10,004 bases of DNA from Polyangiaceae bacterium. Lineage in GTDB: Bacteria > Myxococcota_A > Polyangia > Polyangiales > Polyangiaceae. The notes below the pieces were generated by a model that was given only the letters and a program-made list of their open reading frames with translations, was not told the origin of the DNA and did not search any database. Where the stretch lies: assembly GCA_035063585.1 (NCBI GenBank), contig JAPSGB010000072.1, forward strand, positions 1 through 10,004. Reading direction: 5' to 3'. A program made the position numbers and the translations under genes. Of this stretch, positions 1 through 7,174 are shown in pieces; the stretch's first letter is position 1, and every line of letters starts with the position of its first letter.

Positions 1-1
1 G

Positions 2-721
2 GCCGCCGCGTTCGCCGTCTACTGGTTCGTGCTGCGGGCTCCGGCGCCGGAGCCCGCGCCGGCACCGACGGCGGCGGCGGAGCGCCCAGCGACCGCGGAG
101 CAGCCCGCGCCGACGACCGAAAGTGCGGAGCCCGGGCCGCCACCGAGCAGCGAGCCGGAGCCACCGCCCGCGACCGAGGCGCCGGCCGCGATGGCGGCCG
201 CGCCCGCCGGCGCGGCGGAGCCCGCGCCGCGAGCGCACCTTGCGACCGGCGCGCCGAGTGAGGGCGCGGCAGGGCCGGGCGAGCAGCCGCGCGCGGAGCC
301 CGCCGGCAAACCCAACGAGCCCGCCGGCAAACCCAAGGAGCCCGCGACGCCCGCGCCCGCGGCGGACCTGGACCGGACCGCGGCCGCGCCGGTCGGGTCG
401 GCCCCCGCGGCCGCGACGCCCGCCGCGCCCACCGCCGTGGACGGCGACCAGCCGCCCTTCAATCAGGCCGCGGCCGCGGCCGCGCTCGCGAGCGCGGCGG
501 GTGCAGCCTCGGCGTGTCGGAAGGAAGGCGATCCGAGCGGCACCGCGCGCGTCTCGGTGACCTTCGCGCCGAGCGGACGCGTCACGACCGCGAACGTGGC
601 CGGGCCTCCCTTCGCCGGCACGCCGACCGGCGGCTGCATCGCCGCGACCCTGAAGCGCGCCAAGGTGCCGCCCTTCAGCGGAGCGTTCGTCACGGTGAGC
701 AAGACGGTCGTCATCCAGTAA
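2..721 (+). CDS. 5'-truncated membrane-anchored protein: end of TM helix, Pro/Ala/Glu-rich linker, C-terminal AgmX/PglI (TonB_C-like) domain of myxobacterial type
   Basis: The frame of ORF 29..721 is open back to the window edge (GCC GCC GCG TTC GCC GTC TAC TGG TTC GTG CTG CGG = AAAFAVYWFVLR, the end of a hydrophobic helix), so GTG29 is probably not the start. A low-complexity PAPEPA linker follows, then a compact ~90-aa domain (PFNQAAAAAAL..C..G.ARVSVTFAPSGRVTTANV.GPPFAGTPTGGCIA..L..A.VPPFSG..VTV) with two Cys. Stop is TAA at 719-721. Confidence 0.75.
   Translation, partial: AAAFAVYWFVLRAPAPEPAPAPTAAAERPATAEQPAPTTESAEPGPPPSSEPEPPPATEAPAAMAAAPAGAAEPAPRAHLATGAPSEGAAGPGEQPRAEPAGKPNEPAGKPKEPATPAPAADLDRTAAAPVGSAPAAATPAAPTAVDGDQPPFNQAAAAAALASAAGAASACRKEGDPSGTARVSVTFAPSGRVTTANVAGPPFAGTPTGGCIAATLKRAKVPPFSGAFVTVSKTVVIQ
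296..345 (+). repeat. 21-bp in-frame tandem repeat (about 2.4 copies), EPAGKPN/EPAGKPK/EPA
   Basis: gagcccgccggcaaacccaac (296-316), gagcccgccggcaaacccaag (317-337), gagcccgc (338-345). Confidence 0.85.
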
Positions 722-839
722 CGCCGCGGGTGCGCGGCGCGCTCGCGGCAGCGCGGCGCTCATCCGTCACGGGCTCGCGGGAGCGCGCGAACCTCGAGGT
801 TTCCGCGCCGAACCGGCCTCCGCACCCTCCCCACCCGGG

Positions 840-868
840 TTGCGCTAGGCCGCCCGCTCCCCGATACT
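840..868 (+). promoter_or_regulatory. Possible weak sigma70-type promoter for the thiolase gene
   Basis: TTGCGC (840-845), 17-bp spacer, GATACT (863-868). Partial match to consensus only. Confidence 0.3.
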
Positions 869-891
869 CCCTGCGCCAAACCCCGGACCTT

Positions 892-897
892 GGAGGA
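892..897 (+). promoter_or_regulatory. Shine-Dalgarno site for the thiolase
   Basis: GGAGGA ending 5 nt upstream of ATG903. Confidence 0.8.
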
Positions 898-902
898 TCC
901 TC

Positions 903-2135
903 ATGGCCGACGCATTCATCATCGACGCCGTCCGCACCCCGCGCGGGCGCGGCAAGGCTGGCAAGGGCGCGCTCAGCGGCATCCACCCGCAGGAGCTGAT
1001 GGCGCAGACCCTGAACCAGCTCGCGAAGCGGAGCCAGCTCGAGAAGAGAGACGTGAACGACGTCGTGGTCGGCTGCGTCTCGCAGGCCAAGGAGCAGGGC
1101 GCGTGTATCGCGCGCAACTCGATCCTCGCCGCGGAGTGGCCGGACGAGGTCACCGGCGTGACCTTGAACCGCTTCTGCGGCTCGGGCCTGCAGGCGGTGA
1201 ATTTTGCCGCGATGGGCGTGATGGCCGGCCAGCAAGAGCTGGTGGTCGCGGGCGGCGTCGAGAGCATGTCGCGGGTCCCCATGGGCTCCGACGAGGCCAT
1301 GATGGATGGTCATAACCTCAAGCTCCGCAAGCGGATCTTCCAGGTGCCACAGGGCATCAGCGCGGATCTCATCGCCACCATCGACGGCGTGACGCGGGAG
1401 CAACTCGACGAGTTCGCGCTCGAGAGCCAGCGGAAGTGCGCGCGCGCGGTCGAGGAGAATCGCTTCGCCAAGAGCCTCTTCGGCGTAGTGGATGACGACG
1501 GCAAGGTCGTGCTCGATAGAGATGAGCACCCGCGTCCGTCGACCACGCTCGAGAGCCTCGCCGGCCTCGAGGCGTCGTTCACCATGATGGGCTCGGCGCC
1601 CATGGGCCCGAACGGCGAGACGCTCGATCAGCTCGCGCTCGCGCGCTACCCGAGCGTGAAGGAGATCCGGCACATCCACCACGCCGGCAACTCGAGCGGC
1701 ATCGTCGACGGCGCCGCCGCGGTCCTGGTCGCGAGCGAGGCGTACGCCAAGTCGCACGGGCTCACGCGACGCGCGCGGATCCGCGCGACGGCGACCGCGG
1801 GCGCGGAGCCGGTCATCATGCTCACCGCGCCCACGCCGGCCTCGGAGGCGGCGCTGAAGCGGGCCGGCATGAGCGTGAGGGACATCGATCTCTGGGAGAT
1901 CAACGAGGCGTTCGCGGTGGTGCCGCTCAACACCATCCGCCGGCTGGGCATCGATCCGGCTCGCGTGAACGTGAACGGCGGCGCGATCGCGCTCGGGCAT
2001 CCGCTCGGCGCGACCGGCGCGATGCTGCTCGGGACCGCGCTCGACGAGCTCGAGCGGCAGAACAAGACGACCGCGCTCATCACGCTCTGCATCGGCGGCG
2101 GGATGGGCATCGCGACCATCATCGAACGGGTCTGA
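903..2135 (+). CDS. Acetyl-CoA C-acetyltransferase / 3-ketoacyl-CoA thiolase (FadA-like)
   Basis: 410 aa with N-terminal DAVRTP, nucleophile motif [51 protein letters not shown] and C-terminal TLCIGGGMG. Strong RBS. Confidence 0.96.
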   Translation: MADAFIIDAVRTPRGRGKAGKGALSGIHPQELMAQTLNQLAKRSQLEKRDVNDVVVGCVSQAKEQGACIARNSILAAEWPDEVTGVTLNRFCGSGLQAVNFAAMGVMAGQQELVVAGGVESMSRVPMGSDEAMMDGHNLKLRKRIFQVPQGISADLIATIDGVTREQLDEFALESQRKCARAVEENRFAKSLFGVVDDDGKVVLDRDEHPRPSTTLESLAGLEASFTMMGSAPMGPNGETLDQLALARYPSVKEIRHIHHAGNSSGIVDGAAAVLVASEAYAKSHGLTRRARIRATATAGAEPVIMLTAPTPASEAALKRAGMSVRDIDLWEINEAFAVVPLNTIRRLGIDPARVNVNGGAIALGHPLGATGAMLLGTALDELERQNKTTALITLCIGGGMGIATIIERV

Positions 2136-2155
2136 GCGCCGGGCGATTGCGCCCC

Positions 2156-2184
2156 TTGGCGAGGCCGAGGCACGTGATTACCTT
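2156..2184 (+). promoter_or_regulatory. Possible sigma70-type promoter for the DUF1232 gene
   Basis: TTGGCG (2156-2161), 17-bp spacer, TACCTT (2179-2184), in a locally AT-richer patch of the intergenic region. Confidence 0.35.
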
Positions 2185-2216
2185 GAAGGTGTCGGCGCCT
2201 CGGCCGGAGTCCCAGC

Positions 2217-2588
2217 GTGTCGCGTTCCTCCTCGCCCCAGCCTCGGACGCAGAGCGGCGCAGCCCGCCTCGCGGCAGGCTCCGCGCGCGCAAGGTCGGGG
2301 CGCCGACGCTCCCCGGCGGAGCTCGGGCGATTACGAGCTGCCTGGCGATTCCTCACCGATTCGAGCGCGCCGTGGCCCGCCAAGGTGCTGTTCGTGCTCG
2401 GCGTCGTTTACCTGGTGGTTCCGCTCGACGCGATCCCGGATCTCGTACCGGTGGTCGGCTGGCTCGATGACCTCGGGGTGATGAGCCTCGTCAGCTACTA
2501 CCTGCTCCGCAGCGTGCGCCGCTACGAGGAGGCGGAAGCGGCGCGGCTCTCCGCGCACGACACCGAAGGCGTGCCCCAAGACGGCTGA
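2217..2588 (+). CDS. YkvA / DUF1232 family membrane protein
   Basis: Signature W..K......[22 protein letters not shown] with hydrophobic helices. GGAG at 2206-2209 lies 7 nt before GTG2217. The exact start is uncertain. Confidence 0.88.
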   Translation: MSRSSSPQPRTQSGAARLAAGSARARSGRRRSPAELGRLRAAWRFLTDSSAPWPAKVLFVLGVVYLVVPLDAIPDLVPVVGWLDDLGVMSLVSYYLLRSVRRYEEAEAARLSAHDTEGVPQDG

Positions 2589-2606
2589 GCGCCGGCGAGC
2601 GCCTCG

Positions 2607-3356
2607 TCACCCGGCGAGCCAACCGCCGTCGACCGGATAGTAGCCTCCCGTCATGTAGGAGGCGTCATCCGAGCAGAGGAACGCGATGAGCCTCGCGACC
2701 TCGGGCGCGTCGCCGAAGCGACGCATCGGGGTCACCCCGAGCAGCCACGCGGTCATCTGCTCGTCGGCGAAGATCCCCTCCGTCATGTCGGTCTTCACCA
2801 CGCCGGGGCCGACCGCGTTCACTCGCACGCCCTCGGCGGCGTAGGTCAGGGCGGCAGATTTCGTGAGTCCGCGCACCGCGTGCTTGCTGGTCGGGTACGA
2901 GGGGTCGCCGCTCGCCGCTCGATCGCCCATGGTGCTCGACAGATTCACGACCGCGCCCTTGGTCTTCAAGAGCTCGGGCATCGCGTGCTTCATGCAGAGG
3001 AACATCCCGGTGACGTTCACCGCCTGCACGCGCTGAAACGCCTCGAGGGTGACCTCGTGGAGCGGCACCGGGGGCCCCGCCGCGGCGATCCCCGCGTCGT
3101 TGACCAGGTAGTCGATACGACCGAAGCGCCGGACCGTCTCGGCCACCAGCGCGCGCACCGACGCCTCGTCGCTCACGTCGACCTTGAAGAAGGCCGCGCG
3201 CCCTCCGGCGGCTTCGATCTCGCGGACCGTCTCCGCGCCGCCCGCCTCCGAGAGATCCGCGACCAGCACGCTCGCGCCTCGTGTCGCGAGCTCGAGCGCC
3301 GTCGCTCGCCCAATCCCCGCTCCCGCCCCCGTGACCAACGCGACCTTGTCTCTCAT
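2607..3356 (-). CDS. Short-chain dehydrogenase/reductase (classical SDR, probably NAD-preferring), 249 aa
   Basis: The real start is the ATG at 3356 (MRDKVALVTGAGAGIG) with GGAGG at 3369-3365. The track's extension to 4331 overlaps the HEAT gene and is spurious. Motifs: TGxxxGIG, Asp at the end of beta2 (VLVAD), NDAG, catalytic Ser (NLSS), YPTSK, VRVNAVGPG, C-terminal VDGG. Confidence 0.93.
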   Translation of the reverse strand: MRDKVALVTGAGAGIGRATALELATRGASVLVADLSEAGGAETVREIEAAGGRAAFFKVDVSDEASVRALVAETVRRFGRIDYLVNDAGIAAAGPPVPLHEVTLEAFQRVQAVNVTGMFLCMKHAMPELLKTKGAVVNLSSTMGDRAASGDPSYPTSKHAVRGLTKSAALTYAAEGVRVNAVGPGVVKTDMTEGIFADEQMTAWLLGVTPMRRFGDAPEVARLIAFLCSDDASYMTGGYYPVDGGWLAG

Positions 3357-3383
3357 GGTATCGCCCTCCAGGAGCCGGGCCCT

Positions 3384-3400
3384 AGCAAGGTCGGTGCCGG
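3384..3400 (-). promoter_or_regulatory. Sigma54 (RpoN) -24/-12 promoter upstream of the SDR
   Basis: The minus strand reads CCGGCACCGACCTTGCT, with exact GG-N10-GC spacing, GGCAC and TTGCT. Predicted TSS is about 3373, just upstream of the RBS. Confidence 0.7.
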
Positions 3401-3646
3401 CGTCGATCCGCGACTCTTGAACCGTAAGCACGCAAATCGCGCGCGCCGAGCGAGCGGACGCGAACGCCCGAGCCAGCCCCGCGTGAGCGCGCGCGGCGCG
3501 CGATGGAGCGAGGAACGCCTGGTGTTTGTGCCGGCGCGGAACCGCGCAGGCGCGCCCCCGGGTCGCGCGCAGCCGTGAGCGAGCGCTCGCAATCTTTGCG
3601 GCAGCGCGCTCGCGCGTGGCCGGCGCGCACGCGACGCGCGCGCGGC

Positions 3647-4582
3647 TCAGAGCCGCTGCGCGGCGATCTTGGCGGCGTCGCGGACGAACTGATCTGGGTC
3701 CTCTTGCGCCGCGCGCACCGCGGCGGCGCCTCCCGGATCGCGGATCTTGCCGAGCGACGCGACGGCCGCGACGCGCACCCGCGCGTCGGGCTCGGTCGCG
3801 GGCGAGGTGAGCGCGACCAGCCCGACCACCGCGTCCTTGGCGCGCATCACGCCGAGCGCCTCGGCGGCGCGCCGGCGGACCAGCGGCGACTCGTCGCTGA
3901 TGAGCCCGGCGACCGCATCCACGCGCGTGAAGACGTTGACCCGGATCGCCGCAGTGAGCGCCGCGAGCCGGACGCCCTCGTCCGCGTCGCTCATGACGGT
4001 CGCGAGCTCGCCGTTCGGACCCTGGTTGTTCAAGCGCTGCAGCGCCTCGACGGCGGTCTTGCGCACGAGCGGCGACGGATCCGACACCGCCGCGACGGCG
4101 ACCGGCGCGACGCCAGCGCGCGCGAGGAACTCCCCGAGCGCCTGCGCCGCGTACGCCCGCTTGCGCTCGGGCTGCGACGGATCGGCGAGCGTGCCGAGCG
4201 TCTGCTGGTAGACCTCTCCGGGACCGAACACGCCGAAGATCCGGCGACGCAGCCACCACGCGCTGATCTCGCGCGAGACCGGGCTCTCTGCGTAGAGCAG
4301 CTTGGCGACCGCCGGCACGCACGCGGTGCACTCGACGCGCTCACCGTGCTCGAGCGTGGCCCAAATCTCGGTGGGGGAGACGTTCCCGCCGGTGATGGCC
4401 ATGATGTGCTCGGGCGTGCTCAGCTTCTCGAGCGAGCCCGGATCGAGGTTCCGGAAGGAGCCGAGGCGCTCCGGGTTCGCGGGGCCCGCCGGCGGCGTCT
4501 CCGCGAGACCCGCGCCGGACACGAGCGCGGCCGCACCGAGGGCTAGCGCTCCGATGAAGGACAGACGATGGCTGGAAGTCAT
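3647..4582 (-). CDS. Exported HEAT-repeat (PBS lyase-like) protein with a CxxC motif, 311 aa
   Basis: Start ATG4582 with GAGGAG at 4594-4589. Signal-peptide-like N-terminus MTSSHRLSFIGALALGAAALVSGAGLA/ETP. Repeated units such as SDPSPLVRKTAVEAL, SDADEGVRLAALTA, SDESPLVRRRAAEALG, EPDARVRVAAVASLG and EDPDQFVRDAA. CTAC motif at 4330-4319. Confidence 0.88.
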   Translation of the reverse strand: MTSSHRLSFIGALALGAAALVSGAGLAETPPAGPANPERLGSFRNLDPGSLEKLSTPEHIMAITGGNVSPTEIWATLEHGERVECTACVPAVAKLLYAESPVSREISAWWLRRRIFGVFGPGEVYQQTLGTLADPSQPERKRAYAAQALGEFLARAGVAPVAVAAVSDPSPLVRKTAVEALQRLNNQGPNGELATVMSDADEGVRLAALTAAIRVNVFTRVDAVAGLISDESPLVRRRAAEALGVMRAKDAVVGLVALTSPATEPDARVRVAAVASLGKIRDPGGAAAVRAAQEDPDQFVRDAAKIAAQRL

Positions 4583-4601
4583 GATGCTCTCCTCGGCTCC
4601 T

Positions 4602-6929
4602 TCAGTGGCCCGCCGTCGGGTCATTTCCGTAACGCTGGAAGTCGGAATTGCGACGCGAGAAGTACTGGCCGCCCAGATCGATCGCGCGGATGAGCTTGAC
4701 GCGCTCCTCGCGGGTGAGGGTCACGCCGACGTCCTCCGGGTGCATGGTGCGCTTCGCGCCTCTGATGCCGGGATCGGAGAAGGCCTGGTCGAGCGGCCAC
4801 GCGGTCTTGTTCGAGTCGATCGATGAGGTGACGTTGAGCTTCTCGATGAGGGCGCTGCCGCGGGCGTCGCTCGGGACGGCCCAGAGCGGGGGCACCGTGC
4901 CGGTCACCTGGGAGCCGACACCGAGCTCGAGCGCCACCGCGGCCGGGTAGAAGAGCGAGACGTAGCTCGCGGCGTACGAGCCCGTTTGGTTGTCGTAAGA
5001 GACCGTGATCGGGCGCGAGCTCAGATCCATGCGCGGGATCTGGTACGGCGTCGCGCCGCCGACCGCGCTGTTCGTGGTGACGGTATAGAACTCCTGCGCG
5101 CCGTTGCCGTTGGTCGTCTCGTTGTGACAGCTCACGCACTTCTGATCGAGGAGCGTCTGGATCTGGTTCGGATCGTTCGGGTCGTTCGCGCCGAACCAGG
5201 GATACTCGGCGCGGGCGTCGAGTGGCGTGTCGAGGTTCACCGCGCCCTTGCTCGCCGCGAGCGTCATTTGCTGCCCGCCCGAGAGGTTCGGTGCCGAGCG
5301 GCTCTCGTGGCAGCCGCCGCACACGCGCGCCTCGCCCGGCATCCCCTGGATCCAGAGGGTCTGGTTGCGGATGCTGAGGTCGAACTCGTCGATGGGCTGG
5401 AGGTGCATCGGGATGTACGCCGGCACCTTGGCGAGCCACGAGCCGTCGTCATAGACGGGCGCCTCGCCGATCACCGCGGCGCCCTCGGCCATGGTGATGC
5501 CGAACTGGGTGATCCCCGGCGCCGACTCGCTCGAGAAGCCCTCGATGATGCGGACCCGCTTGGCCTGACGGAGCGCCTGATCGGTCGGCGTGTCGTCGAA
5601 CTGGGCGCCGCTCACCGTGTCGCCATGCGACGAGTAGAGCGAGGTGTTCTTGATGTCGATCGACCCGAACACCGCCGGCGTGGTCGAGTCCGTCTCGCGG
5701 TGGATCGAGTCGATGACCGGCGGCTCGCGGCGCGGCACGATCGCCTGGGCGTCGAGCTCCCAGCTCCCGTCGTGATCGAGGACGAGCTGGTTCTTGCGCG
5801 TGGTCGGATCATAGAGGTAGACGCCGTAATTCGGCGGCGTGGCGCTCATCACGTCGATGTCGTTGACGACGCCGCCCGCCCACGAGACGAGCAGCCGCCC
5901 GTCGGGCAGCGCGTGCGGGGTTCGATAACGACCGACCGGGGACGGATCGTTCTCGAGCGGCACGTTCGGCGTCAGCACCTCGTACGCCGCGTGCTCCTCG
6001 TCGAACTTTCGCGCGTCGACCGACGATCGCGCGTCGATGCGCACGAGCCCGCCCGACTGGATGGTCTTGTTGCGCTCCGTCGCGACCGCGACGAAGACGT
6101 TCGGCACGCTCGTCTCGGTGACCTGGACCAGGGAGTTTGCCGGCTTGCCGTGCTGACCGCTCACCGCGACGACCTGGGTGCAGTCCGGGTTCATCGCGAA
6201 GAGCTTCATGTCGTTCACGTGCTCGAGGTGCTCCCAGCGCGAGAAGCCGACGCGGCCGTCCGCCATGCTGAAGAGGTTCACCGAGTGCGACAGGTTCTGC
6301 GCGCAGAGCTTCCGATCCGCGTCGCCGGCGGCGAGTGAGATGGTGGCGAGCTGGGTCACTTCGCGCGGGTGCTCGTACTCGTCGGCGCGCGTGCCCATCT
6401 CGGTGTAGCCCTCGTTGGTGACGAACGCGATGCGGTCACCCGCCACCCAGATCGGGTGGATGTCGTCGTAGGGGCCGAAGGTGAGCTGGTGGAGCTCGAA
6501 CTTTCCGTCGTCGCCGCGCTCGAGCGACGCCCAGTAGAGGTGGTAGCTGTCCGTCTCGTCGATCCTCATCGAGAAGACGACCTTGGTCGCGTCGAAGCTC
6601 ACATCGAGGCTGGTGACGTCCGCCTTCGGGAAGTCCTCGGTGAGGTTCTCGGTCTTCTTGGTGCGCAGATCGTACGTCTCGACCCGGCCGCCCGGGACGT
6701 AGCGCTTGTAGTCCATGACCTGGTCGGACCCGGACGCGACCACGATGGTCACCTTGCCGTCCGGCCCCACCGTGGTGTGCTGGCGCACCACGAGCGCTAT
6801 CTTGCCGAAGGCCTGCCCGGTGGGCTCGTCGGTGCTCTTCGCCGAGCAACCCGCGGGCGGGAGCGCCAGGAGCGCGAGCAGGGGCAGACCGAGCGCCGAC
6901 AGGCGAGAGGTTCGAAGCGTTCGAGCCAT
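4602..6929 (-). CDS. Hydrazine synthase alpha subunit-like (HzsA-related) di-heme cytochrome c lipoprotein with an N-terminal TolB-like beta-propeller, 775 aa
   Basis: Strong RBS GGAGGAG (6945-6939). Signal peptide ending in AG-C28. Propeller-type repeats (DVSFDATKVVFSMR, QLTFGPYDDIHPIW..GDRIAF, DGRVGFSRWEH, PHALPDGRLLVSW). HZS_alpha-like middle region (VRIIEG...GEAPV..DGSW...VPA..P..LQPID...I.....W....PGE.R.CGGCH). Two CxxCH motifs: CGGCH at 5321-5307 and CVSCH at 5138-5124. C-terminal H...LT.EE...LI..IDLG cytochrome c-like helix. Confidence 0.82.
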   Translation of the reverse strand: MARTLRTSRLSALGLPLLALLALPPAGCSAKSTDEPTGQAFGKIALVVRQHTTVGPDGKVTIVVASGSDQVMDYKRYVPGGRVETYDLRTKKTENLTEDFPKADVTSLDVSFDATKVVFSMRIDETDSYHLYWASLERGDDGKFELHQLTFGPYDDIHPIWVAGDRIAFVTNEGYTEMGTRADEYEHPREVTQLATISLAAGDADRKLCAQNLSHSVNLFSMADGRVGFSRWEHLEHVNDMKLFAMNPDCTQVVAVSGQHGKPANSLVQVTETSVPNVFVAVATERNKTIQSGGLVRIDARSSVDARKFDEEHAAYEVLTPNVPLENDPSPVGRYRTPHALPDGRLLVSWAGGVVNDIDVMSATPPNYGVYLYDPTTRKNQLVLDHDGSWELDAQAIVPRREPPVIDSIHRETDSTTPAVFGSIDIKNTSLYSSHGDTVSGAQFDDTPTDQALRQAKRVRIIEGFSSESAPGITQFGITMAEGAAVIGEAPVYDDGSWLAKVPAYIPMHLQPIDEFDLSIRNQTLWIQGMPGEARVCGGCHESRSAPNLSGGQQMTLAASKGAVNLDTPLDARAEYPWFGANDPNDPNQIQTLLDQKCVSCHNETTNGNGAQEFYTVTTNSAVGGATPYQIPRMDLSSRPITVSYDNQTGSYAASYVSLFYPAAVALELGVGSQVTGTVPPLWAVPSDARGSALIEKLNVTSSIDSNKTAWPLDQAFSDPGIRGAKRTMHPEDVGVTLTREERVKLIRAIDLGGQYFSRRNSDFQRYGNDPTAGH

Positions 6930-6981
6930 GATCAGTTACTCCTCCGAGAGCGGACGCCCGACGAGCGCCCAGATGAGGCTC

Positions 6982-6998
6982 AGCAGGAATTGCGCCAA
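6982..6998 (-). promoter_or_regulatory. Sigma54 (RpoN) -24/-12 promoter for the HzsA-like/HEAT operon
   Basis: The minus strand reads TTGGCGCAATTCCTGCT (TGG-N10-GCT). Predicted TSS is about 6971, giving a leader of about 40 nt that contains the RBS. An AT-rich tract lies immediately upstream (about 7000-7030). Confidence 0.65.
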
Positions 6999-7162
6999 CA
7001 TCAAACGCCGTAATTACAGATAGTTATGAGCCACATTGGGGGCATGGCGCCCCACCCCGCGGCTCCCGTCGTGGTCTCTCGCCCCCAGCTCGGGGGTGCG
7101 CCGTCCCGAGGCGCCGGCCGCGACGAACCGACAAGTCCTGCCGGTCCGACCGGCGCGCCGGC

Positions 7163-7168
7163 TAGGAT
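7163..7168 (+). promoter_or_regulatory. Putative -10 element for a leaderless hisIE transcript
   Basis: TAGGAT followed by 6 nt and then the GTG start at 7175. Confidence 0.45.
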
Positions 7169-7174
7169 GCGCGC

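Noticed and set aside
722..839. Possible terminator or structured RNA in GC-rich intergenic segments (also 3438-3505 and 7040-7160)
   Set aside because: Only low-complexity CG-alternating dyads were seen, with no clean stem plus U-tract and no recognisable ncRNA or riboswitch motif. An Rfam/Infernal scan would be needed.
711..2000. 429-aa minus-strand ORF and similar long overlapping ORFs (3503..4546 +, 4986..6338 +, 8022..9161 +)
   Set aside because: These are antisense or off-frame shadows of well-supported genes. Stop codons are rare at this GC content.
2132..2599. Similar sequences after two consecutive stop codons (ctgagcgccgggcga at about 2132 and ctgagcgccggcga at about 2585)
   Set aside because: They are short, GC-rich and present in only two copies, which is compatible with chance. 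There is no REP-like or insertion structure.
3357..4331. N-terminal 325-aa extension of the SDR in the ORF track (2607..4331), suggesting a fusion protein
   Set aside because: The extension is Arg/Gly/Ala-rich off-frame sequence overlapping the HEAT gene on the same strand. An RBS and sigma54 promoter sit directly before ATG3356.
4583..4624. Longer start (4624) for the HEAT gene overlapping the upstream CDS
   Set aside because: ATG4582 has a well-spaced GAGGAG RBS and places the signal peptide at the N-terminus.
4602..6929. Calling this a true hzsA (anammox marker)
   Set aside because: No hzsB/hzsC are adjacent, it has a lipoprotein signal, there is no Tyr at +4 after the first CxxCH, and the context is myxobacterial-like. 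Only family-level similarity is supportable.
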